Origin: Longivirga aurantiaca
GTDB taxonomy: Bacteria > Actinomycetota > Actinomycetes > S36-B12 > CAIYMF01
Assembly: GCF_042660085.1 (NCBI RefSeq)
Contig: NZ_JBHSTI010000008.1
Span: forward strand, 240,001-272,000
Reading direction: 5' to 3'
DNA: 32,000 bases
Shown: positions 21,666-31,613 of the stretch, one piece after another
How the letters are laid out: every line of letters begins with the position of its first letter
How positions within the stretch are numbered: the first letter of the stretch is position 1
The notes under the pieces: model-generated
The model's input: the letters and a program-made list of their open reading frames with translations, nothing else
What the model was told of the DNA's origin: nothing
Database searches by the model: none
Made by a program: the position numbers and the translations under genes

Positions 21666-23405
21666 TCACGGCGCGGTCACCTCCTCGCGCGTGACGACTG
21701 CGCGGTAGCGCGGATCGCTGTGCAGCAGCTCGCGGTGCCTGCCCTCGGCGACGACCTCGCCGTCGAGCACGAGCACCACGTGCTCGGCGATGTCGAGGAC
21801 GAGCGGCGACGACGTGAGCACGACGGTCGTGCGCCCCGCGCGCACCTCGCGCAGCGCCACGGCGATCCGCGCCTCGGTGTGCGCATCGACCGCGCTCGTC
21901 GGCTCGTCGAGGACCAGCACCGGGGGGTCGACGACGAGCGAGCGGGCGAGCGCGAGCCGCTGCCGCTGGCCGCCGGACAGCGACCGCCCGCGCTCGGTCA
22001 CCCGCGCCTGCATCGGGTCGGACACCTCGGGGCTCGAGTCGACGAGCGCGTCGAGCACGTCGTAGGCCGACGCCGCCTCCACCGCCTGCTGCACGCCGAC
22101 GCGGCCCGAGCGGGGCAGATCGAGGAGCTGCGCGAGCGTGCCCGACATCAGCACCGGGTCCTTGTCCTGGGTCACGACGGCGGCGCGGATGTCGGCACGC
22201 GCGAGCTCGCCGAGCGGCACGCCGTCGAGGGTCACGGCGTCGGCGCCCTCGCCGAGGCCCGCGAGCCGCAGCGCGATCGAGTCGGCCACCGACTGCTCGG
22301 CGCAGACCACCGCCGTGAGCAGGCCCGGCTGCACGGTCAGCCCGGATGCCGGGTCGTGCAGCACCGCGGCGGCTGCGCGCGCAGCCGGCATCGGGAGGCC
22401 CGTCTCGTCCGGCACGGGGATGCGCAGCAGGTGCACGACGCGCCCCGCGCCGACGTACGCCGAGGTCCAGCGGTGGGCGGCCTCGACGAAGGTCCGAAGC
22501 GGGATGAGCAGGAACGCCGACCATCCGTAGAACGCGACGAGCTCGCCGATCTCGAGCGTGCCCGACACCACGAGGCGGGCGGAGAGCCACGTGACAGCGA
22601 CGACGAAGAAGCCGGGCAGCGCGACCTGCAGAGCGTCCATGGTCGAGCGCACGCGGGCCACCTGCACGGCCGAGGTGCGCACCTCCTGGGACGCCTCGTG
22701 GAACCGGCGTACGAACAGCTCCTCGCCACCGATGCCGCGCAGCACGCGCAGCCCTGCCACGGTGTCGGACGCGAGCTCGGTGGCCAGGCCGAACTTCTCG
22801 CGGCGGTCGGACTCCCGCCTCTCGAGCGGCTTCAGGAGCGGCGCCACCGACAGGCCGAGGATCGGCACACCGATCACCACGACGAGGCCGAGCGCGGGGG
22901 ACGACCGGAACAGCACGATGGCCACGCCGACGAACGCGACGACGGCGCCGGCGAATCGTGCGAACACGTCGAAGCCGCTGCCGATCTTCTCGACGTCGGA
23001 CGACGTGACCGCCACGACCTCGCCGGTCGCGACGTCGCGCGTGATGCGCGAGCCGAGCCGCGCGGTGTGCCGCACGACCAGCTGCTGCACGCGGCTGGCG
23101 GCTGCGATCCAGTTGGTCACGGCCATCCGATGGCGCAGGATCCCCGCCGCAGCCTGAACCGCCCCGAGCAGCGCGAGCGCGGCGGCGGCCCGCAGCACGT
23201 CGGACTGCCGCCCCTCGGACGCCGCCTGCACGCCGGCGCCGAGGGCCGCGGGCACGACGGCCTGCGCGGCGAACCAGGTGACGGCCCACACGACGCCGAG
23301 CGCGAGCGTGCGCCACTGCCCCCGCGCGGTCCACAGGAGGTACCTGGTGGCCGAGCGCAGGTCCGGGATCCCGGGGTCGGGGTGGGGCAGGCGTCGCATC
23401 GACAT
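21666..23405 (-). CDS. ABC transporter ATP-binding/permease protein, exporter subunit 1
   Basis: 579 aa [41 protein letters not shown]...[42 protein letters not shown]. Its nucleotide-binding domain has no obvious Walker A ([17 protein letters not shown]). Confidence 0.93.
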   Translation of the reverse strand: MSMRRLPHPDPGIPDLRSATRYLLWTARGQWRTLALGVVWAVTWFAAQAVVPAALGAGVQAASEGRQSDVLRAAAALALLGAVQAAAGILRHRMAVTNWIAAASRVQQLVVRHTARLGSRITRDVATGEVVAVTSSDVEKIGSGFDVFARFAGAVVAFVGVAIVLFRSSPALGLVVVIGVPILGLSVAPLLKPLERRESDRREKFGLATELASDTVAGLRVLRGIGGEELFVRRFHEASQEVRTSAVQVARVRSTMDALQVALPGFFVVAVTWLSARLVVSGTLEIGELVAFYGWSAFLLIPLRTFVEAAHRWTSAYVGAGRVVHLLRIPVPDETGLPMPAARAAAAVLHDPASGLTVQPGLLTAVVCAEQSVADSIALRLAGLGEGADAVTLDGVPLGELARADIRAAVVTQDKDPVLMSGTLAQLLDLPRSGRVGVQQAVEAASAYDVLDALVDSSPEVSDPMQARVTERGRSLSGGQRQRLALARSLVVDPPVLVLDEPTSAVDAHTEARIAVALREVRAGRTTVVLTSSPLVLDIAEHVVLVLDGEVVAEGRHRELLHSDPRYRAVVTREEVTAP

Positions 23406-23555
23406 GGCCCAGCGAGACTAGGCCCGTCCGGGTGCCGAGGTCGCCGAGGTTTGCCCCACGCGGACGTGATCTTGGCTAGCGTCTGTCCCGCCGGTGATGC
23501 TCCGGCTCCCGGCCGCAGGCCGGCCGACGACTTCCCAGGGACACGGAGACTTGCG

Positions 23556-24074
23556 ATGAGCGACCCCAACCAGCCGGCCGAGGGCGACCCGTTCGCCCCG
23601 CCGCCCGAAGGCGCCGCTGCCCAGGTGCCCGGCATCCCGAACGACCCGCCGGCGTACGGCACTCCGGCCACGCCGCCGCCTCCGCCGCCCCCGCCGCTTC
23701 CGGTCTATGGGTCGACTCCGCCATTGACGGGATACAACTCGCCCGCATCGCAGCCGTACCCCCCGGCGGCCGGCTACGGGGTCCCCAAGTCCTCGGGCAA
23801 GGCCGTCGCCGTCATGGTGCTCGGCATCGTGGGTCTGGTACTGCTTTGTGGGTACGGAATCGGCATCGTGCCGGCGATCGTTTCGCTCGCCCTGGCACCC
23901 GGTGCCAAGCGTGAGATCGCAGCCTCCGGAGGTGCTCTCACGGGTGAGGGAATGGTGAAGGCCGGGGTTGTCTGCTCCTGGATCGCAGTTGGCCTCAGCA
24001 TCGCCATCATCGGATTCATCATCATCGCCTTTGCGATCGGCGCCGCTGGTTCTGCAGCATCGGTCGGCGGCTGA
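23556..24074 (+). CDS. DUF4190-like membrane protein with proline-rich N-terminus
   Basis: [24 protein letters not shown]...[15 protein letters not shown]...[71 protein letters not shown]. Confidence 0.82.
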   Translation: MSDPNQPAEGDPFAPPPEGAAAQVPGIPNDPPAYGTPATPPPPPPPPLPVYGSTPPLTGYNSPASQPYPPAAGYGVPKSSGKAVAVMVLGIVGLVLLCGYGIGIVPAIVSLALAPGAKREIAASGGALTGEGMVKAGVVCSWIAVGLSIAIIGFIIIAFAIGAAGSAASVGG

Positions 24075-24099
24075 CGCCGGCAGCACAGGCGCGGTTCGG

Positions 24100-24140
24100 G
24101 CGGGCGGCCGCCCCCGACTACGATCGGGGGCACCGCCCGC
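24100..24140 (+). promoter_or_regulatory. Compound hairpin between DUF4190-like gene and guaA
   Basis: Outer stem GCGGGCGG (24100-24107)/CCGCCCGC (24133-24140) and inner stem CCCCCGA (24111-24117)/TCGGGGG (24124-24130). Confidence 0.45.
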
Positions 24141-24166
24141 TCCGTCGTCCGAAGGGCCCCATCCCG

Positions 24167-25741
<1,575 letters not shown>

Positions 25742-25806
25742 GCCACCAGCGACGACCTGGCACGGCAGTCTGAGATCCCGCCCGCCCAGTAAGGAGATCG
25801 CCGACC

Positions 25807-26223
25807 ATGACGGCAGAGCCCAACCAGCCCAGCTATCCCGGTGCTTCGGTCAAGGGACCCGCGGAGAGGTTCGCGGGCGACGCCTGGTTCGACGTGATCG
25901 TCAGGGCTGAGGGACCCTCCAGGCTGCGTTTGATGTCGGTGCACTTCGCTCCTGGCGCCCGTACGGCCTGGCACTCCCACGCCGTGGGCCAGACCCTGTA
26001 CGTCACCGAGGGCGTGGCTCTGACGCAGGAGCGGGGCGGCGAGGTCGTCACCGTCCACCCCGGGCAGGCCGTCACCTGTGGTCCGGGCGTCGAGCACTGG
26101 CACGGCGCGCATCCTGATCACCTCATGACGCACCTGTCGATCTGGGAGGCGCCGGAACCTGGCTCGGACGTCGCGGAGAGCACGTGGCTCGAGCACGTCG
26201 CTGACGACGGAGCCGGTCGCTGA
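25807..26223 (+). CDS. Cupin domain-containing protein (mandelonitrile-lyase-like small cupin)
   Basis: SVHFAPGARTAWHSHAVGQTLYVTEGVALTQERGGEVVTVHPGQAVTCGPGVEHWHGAHPDHLMTHLSIWE. Confidence 0.88.
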   Translation: MTAEPNQPSYPGASVKGPAERFAGDAWFDVIVRAEGPSRLRLMSVHFAPGARTAWHSHAVGQTLYVTEGVALTQERGGEVVTVHPGQAVTCGPGVEHWHGAHPDHLMTHLSIWEAPEPGSDVAESTWLEHVADDGAGR

Positions 26224-26326
26224 CGGTCGCGGCCCCAGCCGGCCCGAGGCATCAGGGCGCGTGACGGCAGCGCCGACGGGGCGCGTCGCACGAGCCTCTC
26301 GATCATCACGCTGCGTCGACCATCCT

Positions 26327-26613
26327 CTACGTCGGCTCGACGCTGCGTGGCTGCGCGCCCGCGCATCGCTGCGCGAGCTCGGTGACGTACGCCGGGTTGG
26401 CACCCCTCACGGCCTCAGTCGCCATCGCCCCGTCCTCGGCCCGACGTCGGGCAGGTCGGTCAGGGTCCCGTGCTCGATGCGCGACGCCGACCGGGCGGGC
26501 CCGACGGCGTCGAGCGCCGCAGAAGCCTTGCGGTAGCCCTGTACGCGCCAGGTGTCGGCCCGCTCGCGTTCGAGCAGGAGTGCGACGCGTCCTCGCGCCT
26601 CGACGAGGTCCAC
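26327..26613 (-). pseudogene. Frameshifted and truncated N-terminal remnant resembling PHP-domain/DNA polymerase X-type proteins
   Basis: Frame A: MDLVEARGRVALLLERERADTWRVQGYRKASAALDAVGPARSASRIEHGTLTDLPDVGPRT; continues in frame B as GAMATEAVRGANPAYVTELAQ. Consistent with loss of one G in the G-run near 26428-26431. Confidence 0.6.
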
Positions 26614-26747
26614 CCCGCGACGGCACGACGACTGCAGGGGTGGTTGACGGCCCGAGCACCGCGACCCGTCTGATTTACGTTGGCGAGCAGCCTAATGTGT
26701 CGTGACGCCACCTGTTATTCTGCTTGAAGTCAACATAAGGAGTGTCG

Positions 26748-28232
26748 ATGACCTCTGGGAGAGCCCCCCGCGCCGGCTCCGGGGAACCCCTACCGCGGGA
26801 CTACAGCCTTACCGGTGAGCGGGCGCAGCAGGCCGTCAGCCTGGGACTGGCCGACGCAGAGTGGTACCGGCCGCCGATCGACCCGGCTCGGCTCCGGGAA
26901 CTCATGACGCGTCGCAACGGACCTGCGATTCGAGACACGACGCTGTGGCTTCTGCTGCTGGTCGGGGCTGGGTTCCTGGCGTTTGGCGCGCTCGGCAGCT
27001 GGTGGGCGATTCCGGCCTTCGCGGCCTACGGCGCCCTCTACGGGGGAGCGGCCGACCCCAGGTGGCACGAGAACGGCCATGGCACCGCGTTCAAGACGCG
27101 CTGGCCGAACGACGTCGTCTACCTCGTGGCCTCGTTCATGCTGTTGCGCGAGCCCACGCTGTGGCGGTGGTCCCACGTGCGTCACCACTCCGACACCATC
27201 ATCGTCGGGCGCGACCCCGAGATCAGCTTCCCCCGGCCGTTCCGGTTTCGCAGCGTCCTGCCGAACTACCTGAACCTGATCAGCGGCCCGCACATGCTCC
27301 TGCGCATGGCGCAGCACGCTGCTGGGAAGATCGATGAGGACACCCGCGAGTTCGTGCCCGAGGCAGAGTTCCCGAGGGTGATCCGAGAGGCCCGCGCCTT
27401 CGTCCTCATCCTCGGGGCGGTCGTCGTGTGGTGCGTGGTCGCCGGGTCCATCGTGCCGCTCCTCTTCATCGGCCTGCCCTCGTTCTACGGCGTGTGGATG
27501 GTGTGGTTCTTCGCGATCACCCAGCACGCGGGCTTGAACGAGGACGTCCTCGACCACAGGTACAGCACCCGCACCGTCTACATGAACCCGGTGTTCCGCT
27601 TCCTGTACCTGAACATGAACTACCACCTGGAGCACCACCTCTTCCCCTCGGTGCCCTACCACGCTCTGCCGAAGCTGCATGAAGAGGTGAAGCAGTACCT
27701 GCCTGCGCCAAAGGCGTCGGTCCTCGACGCCTACAAGGAGATCGTCCACGCGCTACGCATGCAACGACGGAACCCCGACTGGGAGATCCCCGGGCGTGAG
27801 GTGCCCGACAGCGCCGCCTTCCGCCTCACGGCTACGAAGATCCCAGCCAGCAGCTTGGCGACCAGCATGGCCGTCGCGGCGGGTCTCGAGGAGCGCACCG
27901 ATCTCGGTCCCCTGGACCTCGTCCAGCCCGGCCAGGTCAAGCGGATCGACGTAGGCGGTCACACGTACGCCCTGTTCCGCACGCGTCGGGACATCTACGC
28001 ACTCAGCGACGGCCTCTGCACGCACGGTCAGACGCACCTTGCCGAGGGCCATCTCGACGACTGCGTGATCGAGTGTCCCAAGCACAACGGACGTTTCAAC
28101 GTGCTGACCGGGGAGCCGGTGCGACGACCGGCGCGGGTCCCGCTGGTCACGTACGCCGTAGAGATCGTCGACGGCCGGCTGCTGGTCGCGCTGGGCGACA
28201 ACCCGGACGTCACGAGCGACGCCGGCACGTGA
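26748..28232 (+). CDS. Fusion of membrane fatty-acid-desaturase-type di-iron oxygenase and C-terminal Rieske [2Fe-2S] domain
   Basis: His boxes HENGHG, HVRHH and HLEHHLFP; C-terminal Rieske motif CTH(x16)CPKH in DGLCTHGQTHLAEGHLDDCVIECPKHNGRFNVLTG. AAGGAG ribosome-binding site before ATG 26748. Confidence 0.93.
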   Translation: MTSGRAPRAGSGEPLPRDYSLTGERAQQAVSLGLADAEWYRPPIDPARLRELMTRRNGPAIRDTTLWLLLLVGAGFLAFGALGSWWAIPAFAAYGALYGGAADPRWHENGHGTAFKTRWPNDVVYLVASFMLLREPTLWRWSHVRHHSDTIIVGRDPEISFPRPFRFRSVLPNYLNLISGPHMLLRMAQHAAGKIDEDTREFVPEAEFPRVIREARAFVLILGAVVVWCVVAGSIVPLLFIGLPSFYGVWMVWFFAITQHAGLNEDVLDHRYSTRTVYMNPVFRFLYLNMNYHLEHHLFPSVPYHALPKLHEEVKQYLPAPKASVLDAYKEIVHALRMQRRNPDWEIPGREVPDSAAFRLTATKIPASSLATSMAVAAGLEERTDLGPLDLVQPGQVKRIDVGGHTYALFRTRRDIYALSDGLCTHGQTHLAEGHLDDCVIECPKHNGRFNVLTGEPVRRPARVPLVTYAVEIVDGRLLVALGDNPDVTSDAGT

Positions 28233-28241
28233 GGCGCTGAC

Positions 28242-29249
28242 ATGGCCCTGCATCCCCAAGCCGCAGCGCTGCTGGAGTCGATGGCTCAGGCCGGGCGTCC
28301 ACCTCTACGGCAGCAGACAGTCGCGGAGGCGCGTCGCGGGGCGTACGCCTTCGTCGAGCTGTTCGGTCCGCCGGAGGACGTGGCGCGTGTGGAGCACTGG
28401 TTCATCCCGGGACCTAGCGCGGACCTCCCGCTGCGCGTCTACTGGCCAGACTCTGCGGTCGGCGAAGCTGCGCCCGTCCTCGTCTACTTCCACGGCAGCG
28501 GCTTCGTCATCAGCAACATCGGCATCTTCGATGCGCCCAGCCGAGCCTTGGCCAATCGGACCGGCTGCGTCGTCGTGGCGGTCAACTACCAGAAGGCGCC
28601 AGAGCACAAGTTCCCCGAGCCGTTCGATGACGCCTACGCAGCCACCTGCTGGGTGTCTGAGCACGCCGCCGAGCTCGGTGTCGACCCGGCGCGGCTGGCT
28701 GTCGTCGGTGACAGCGCCGGCGGGACGTTGGCCGCGGCAGTCTGCCTCAAGGCCCGCGACGAGGCGGGGCCAGGGATAACCAGCCAGGTTCTGGTCCACG
28801 CCCCGATGCAGTTCGGCGTGGAGACGGAGTCGATGATCGCCAACGCGAGAGGGCTGCTGCTCGAGGCCGAGGACATGACCTGGTTCGCAGACCACTACCT
28901 CGCTACGGAGTCCGACGCCACTCATCCCTACGCCGCGCCCATGTCGGCCGAGAGCCTGGCGGGGCTGCCTCCCGCGCTGGTGGCGACCGCCGAGTACGAC
29001 CCCTTGCGCGACGATGGTGACGCGTATGCGCATCGGCTTCGCCGCGACGGGGTACCGGTCACCTACGTCTGCTACACCGGCATGATCCATGCCTTCTACG
29101 GGATGAGCCGTCGGCTTGACGCCGCGGAGGACCTCTTCGAGCGGATGTCCGCGCACGTGTGGAGCCACTTCCCCACCGCGGAGTCCAACCGCACCGGACA
29201 GGCGGCTACAGACGTGAAAGGGCATCTATCCGATGAAGTTGAGCGCTGA
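28242..29249 (+). CDS. Alpha/beta hydrolase (hormone-sensitive-lipase family)
   Basis: VLVYFHGSGFVISN oxyanion-hole motif, VVGDSAGGTLAAAVCLKARDE nucleophile elbow, GMIHAFYG catalytic His. Confidence 0.93.
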   Translation: MALHPQAAALLESMAQAGRPPLRQQTVAEARRGAYAFVELFGPPEDVARVEHWFIPGPSADLPLRVYWPDSAVGEAAPVLVYFHGSGFVISNIGIFDAPSRALANRTGCVVVAVNYQKAPEHKFPEPFDDAYAATCWVSEHAAELGVDPARLAVVGDSAGGTLAAAVCLKARDEAGPGITSQVLVHAPMQFGVETESMIANARGLLLEAEDMTWFADHYLATESDATHPYAAPMSAESLAGLPPALVATAEYDPLRDDGDAYAHRLRRDGVPVTYVCYTGMIHAFYGMSRRLDAAEDLFERMSAHVWSHFPTAESNRTGQAATDVKGHLSDEVER

Positions 29250-29427
29250 CTACGACGAGTGCGAGGCCTACGGCATGTGTGTGATTGCCGCCGCAGACCT
29301 CTTCAGGCTCAACGAGGAGAACTTCGTCGAGATCCTCGACGAGACACCCAGCGAGGACCGCCGCGCCGCGGCTGAGGAGGCAGTGCGGAACTGCCCCATG
29401 CAGGTGCTCTCGCTCACCGTGGACTAG
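29233..29427 (+). CDS. Small 3Fe-4S-type ferredoxin (cytochrome P450-partner type)
   Basis: MKLSADYDECEAYGMCVIAAADLFRLNEENFVEILDETPSEDRRAAAEEAVRNCPMQVLSLTVD: CxxxxxC...CP. Overlaps the upstream CDS by 17 nt. Confidence 0.9.
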   Translation: MKLSADYDECEAYGMCVIAAADLFRLNEENFVEILDETPSEDRRAAAEEAVRNCPMQVLSLTVD

Positions 29428-29738
29428 GAGCCTCACGCCGGACCTCTGACGGCGTGGCCGGTCCAGTCAGCAGTACGAGGACCGAATCGATGGCGCGGAC
29501 GGGGCGTCGGTGAGTGAGGCGCGTCGCTCCGGATCCCCCGGTCGGCAACGGGCCGTTCCACGTTCGCCTGCGGTCGGTCCAAGATCCGTCGACACGGCGT
29601 TGGCCGCGCCGGATGTGCTGGCAGGTGTAGGGCTGGTGCCGGAGGTGCCGCCGGCCCGGGAGAAGGGCCATAGAACCGGACAAGCGTCGTTCTCGGGTCG
29701 GCAGCCCTCCCTTCCTTTCGCTCCCCGACGGAGGACGC

Positions 29739-30194
29739 CTACTCGGTGGCCGACCAGGGGTCGTTGGGAGTCGTGGTAGCTACGTAGCCGAAGTCGCCGT
29801 CGGGCGGGCCCGAGTGGCGCAGGCGCAGGCGCTGGGAGGTCAGCGGCAGGTAGCGGTGCTCGGCGCCTCGGTTGACCATGACGTCTCCGGCTTCGGCCAC
29901 GACCGCGATCACGCCGTCCGGCGTCGCGAACTCGAACCGGCCTGTGCCGGACAGGAAGGTGTGCACCTCGTCGACAGCGTTGGTGTGCCATGCGCAGTGC
30001 GCCTGGTGCTCCTCGCCAACCGCCGGCGGCTCCGCGTCGAACGTGCCGCGCAGCTGCCGCTCGCCTTCGGCAAGGAAGGTGTCGATCAGAGCGCGTTCGG
30101 CGTCCGATCCCTCGTCACCGACGGTGTGCCACTCGACCCTGGCGCCTGCCAAGCGCTGTACGGCGGTGGCCGTGTCCAGTCCGATGTACCTCAC
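29739..30194 (-). CDS. Acireductone-dioxygenase-like cupin protein, GTG start
   Basis: VRYIGLDTATAVQRLAG...DTFLAEGERQLRGTFDAEPPAVGEEHQAHCAWHTNAVDEVHTFLSGTGRFEFATPDGVIAVVAEAGDVMVNRGAEHRYLPLT; GGAGGG upstream of the GTG. The 497-aa ORF call is an antisense extension. Confidence 0.78.
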   Translation of the reverse strand: MRYIGLDTATAVQRLAGARVEWHTVGDEGSDAERALIDTFLAEGERQLRGTFDAEPPAVGEEHQAHCAWHTNAVDEVHTFLSGTGRFEFATPDGVIAVVAEAGDVMVNRGAEHRYLPLTSQRLRLRHSGPPDGDFGYVATTTPNDPWSATE

Positions 30195-30253
30195 GGCTGC
30201 TTCCCTCCGATGAACGCGACGGTTGCAGGTTGATGGCCTGCTGCACTCCCGTA

Positions 30254-30301
30254 CTATGCACATCACGCAGTTACTCTGCAACCTATGCACAGTGTGCAGA
30301 G
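30254..30301. promoter_or_regulatory. Two copies of CTATGCACAnnnnGCAG in the divergent cupin/hydrolase promoter
   Basis: CTATGCACAtcacGCAG (30254-30270) and CTATGCACAgtgtGCAGAG (30283-30301), offset by 29 bp. Confidence 0.6.
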
Positions 30302-30380
30302 CTAGCCCCCGGAGGGTAGGACGTCGCCCGGCTCCGCCGGCCCGCCGATCCTGCTCGTGCGATCGACGAGGTGAGGGCCG

Positions 30381-31343
30381 ATGTACGACGTGGATCCCGA
30401 GGTCGCTGCCGGGCTCATCGCCATGTTCGGGCCGGAGCCCGCGGCTCCGGTGCCGGTTGATGATTGGGCCACGCGCCGGCACAACACCCACGCGATGTTC
30501 TCGGAGCTGCGCACGAAGTACGCGCCAGCCGTCGACGTCGAGACGCAGGACGTCACGATGACGGTGGCCGAGGGCGCCTCGGTCGGCCTGCGAATCTACC
30601 GTCCCCACACTCGCGACTCGGACGGCGTGCTGCTGTACCTGCACGGCGGAGGCATGATCATGTGCAACCTCGAGACCCACGACGCGATCTGCCGCGAGTA
30701 CGCCGTACGCACAGGGATGTGCGTCGTCGCCGTCGACTACCGACTCGCTCCGGAGCACCCGTTCCCCGTTCCCGTCGACGACTGCATGGCGGCGCTTCGC
30801 TGGGTCGCCGGCCAGCGCGATCAGGGATGGGCCCCTCATCGGATCGTCGTGGGCGGGGAGAGCGCCGGCGGTGGCCTGGCGGCAGCGGTGGCACTGCGCG
30901 CGCGAGACGAGGGCGGTCCGGAGATCGCCGGCCTCCTTCTCGTGTACCCCATGCTCGACGACCGCACGTGCGAACGCGACGCCGGCCTGGATGCCGTCGC
31001 GACCTGGACGTACGACGACCACCTCACCGCGTGGCGTGCGTACGTCGGCACCGACGGTGCCGCGTCGGGCTACGCGGCGCCGCTGCGAGCGGAGACCGTC
31101 GTCGGCCTGCCGCCGACGTACCTCGAGGTCGGCGAGCTGGACATCTTCCGGGCGGAGATCACCGCGTTCGCCGGCCGCCTGCTCGAGTCCGGGGTCCGAC
31201 TGGAGTTCCACCTCCACCCGGCAGTGCCGCATGCGTTCGAGCTGTTCGCCCCCGCGGCCGCCGTCTCAGAGCGGGCGATGGCGGACCGCGTGCGCGCCAT
31301 TAAGTCGTTACAAAACAAAAAGCGTGCAGGACTAGACAAATAG
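30381..31343 (+). CDS. Alpha/beta hydrolase (hormone-sensitive-lipase family)
   Basis: VLLYLHGGGMIMCNLETHD, VVGGESAGGGLAAAVALRARDEGG, LHPAVPHAFELF. Confidence 0.94.
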   Translation: MYDVDPEVAAGLIAMFGPEPAAPVPVDDWATRRHNTHAMFSELRTKYAPAVDVETQDVTMTVAEGASVGLRIYRPHTRDSDGVLLYLHGGGMIMCNLETHDAICREYAVRTGMCVVAVDYRLAPEHPFPVPVDDCMAALRWVAGQRDQGWAPHRIVVGGESAGGGLAAAVALRARDEGGPEIAGLLLVYPMLDDRTCERDAGLDAVATWTYDDHLTAWRAYVGTDGAASGYAAPLRAETVVGLPPTYLEVGELDIFRAEITAFAGRLLESGVRLEFHLHPAVPHAFELFAPAAAVSERAMADRVRAIKSLQNKKRAGLDK

Positions 31344-31444
31344 AGGGCTCAAGACGGCATACTTCGTGTGGTCGAGGACTGAGAGGCCCCGCGGATCCCC
31401 GCGGACCATCGATGTCACGGCAGGCGCCCTGATCAACATGTTAT

Positions 31445-31458
31445 GACATCGTGATGTC
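31445..31458. promoter_or_regulatory. Small palindrome GACATC-gt-GATGTC upstream of the solute-binding protein
   Basis: 6-bp perfect arms with 2-nt spacer. Confidence 0.35.
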
Positions 31459-31487
31459 TACCTCGAGCAATCGCCCGTAGGATGCAG

Positions 31488-31515
31488 CGATGCACATAGT
31501 GCAGAGGCTCTGCAC
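31488..31515. promoter_or_regulatory. Third copy of the ATGCACAnnnnGCAGAG motif, fused to palindrome GTGCAGAG-g-CTCTGCAC
   Basis: CGATGCACAtagtGCAGAG (31488-31506) overlapping the palindrome at 31499-31515. Confidence 0.6.
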
Positions 31516-31613
31516 ATGTAAGAACGTCGCCTGTGCCACGGCACCGGCAGGCGACTCCCCCCAGGTATCGAGCTGTTCTCGTCTCGGCGGGACAGGCAAC
31601 CAGAAGGAGACCA

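Noticed and set aside
23640-23710. Poly-proline coding tract in the DUF4190-like gene
   Set aside because: Proline-rich cytoplasmic N-termini are common in this actinobacterial protein class; not treated as a novel repeat.
21720-24074. 784-aa plus-strand ORF
   Set aside because: Mostly antisense to the ABC exporter gene; only the last 172 codons from 23556 form a credible protein.
26790-27749. 319-aa minus-strand ORF inside the desaturase gene
   Set aside because: Antisense shadow rich in Arg/Glu/His/Val with no domain; the plus strand has clear His boxes.
29428-29738. Possible hidden gene in the roughly 310-bp gap after the ferredoxin
   Set aside because: ORFs here are Arg/Pro-rich low-complexity frames with no recognisable motif; a weak CACGCC/GGCGTG stem near 29436 may be a terminator but is too short to call.
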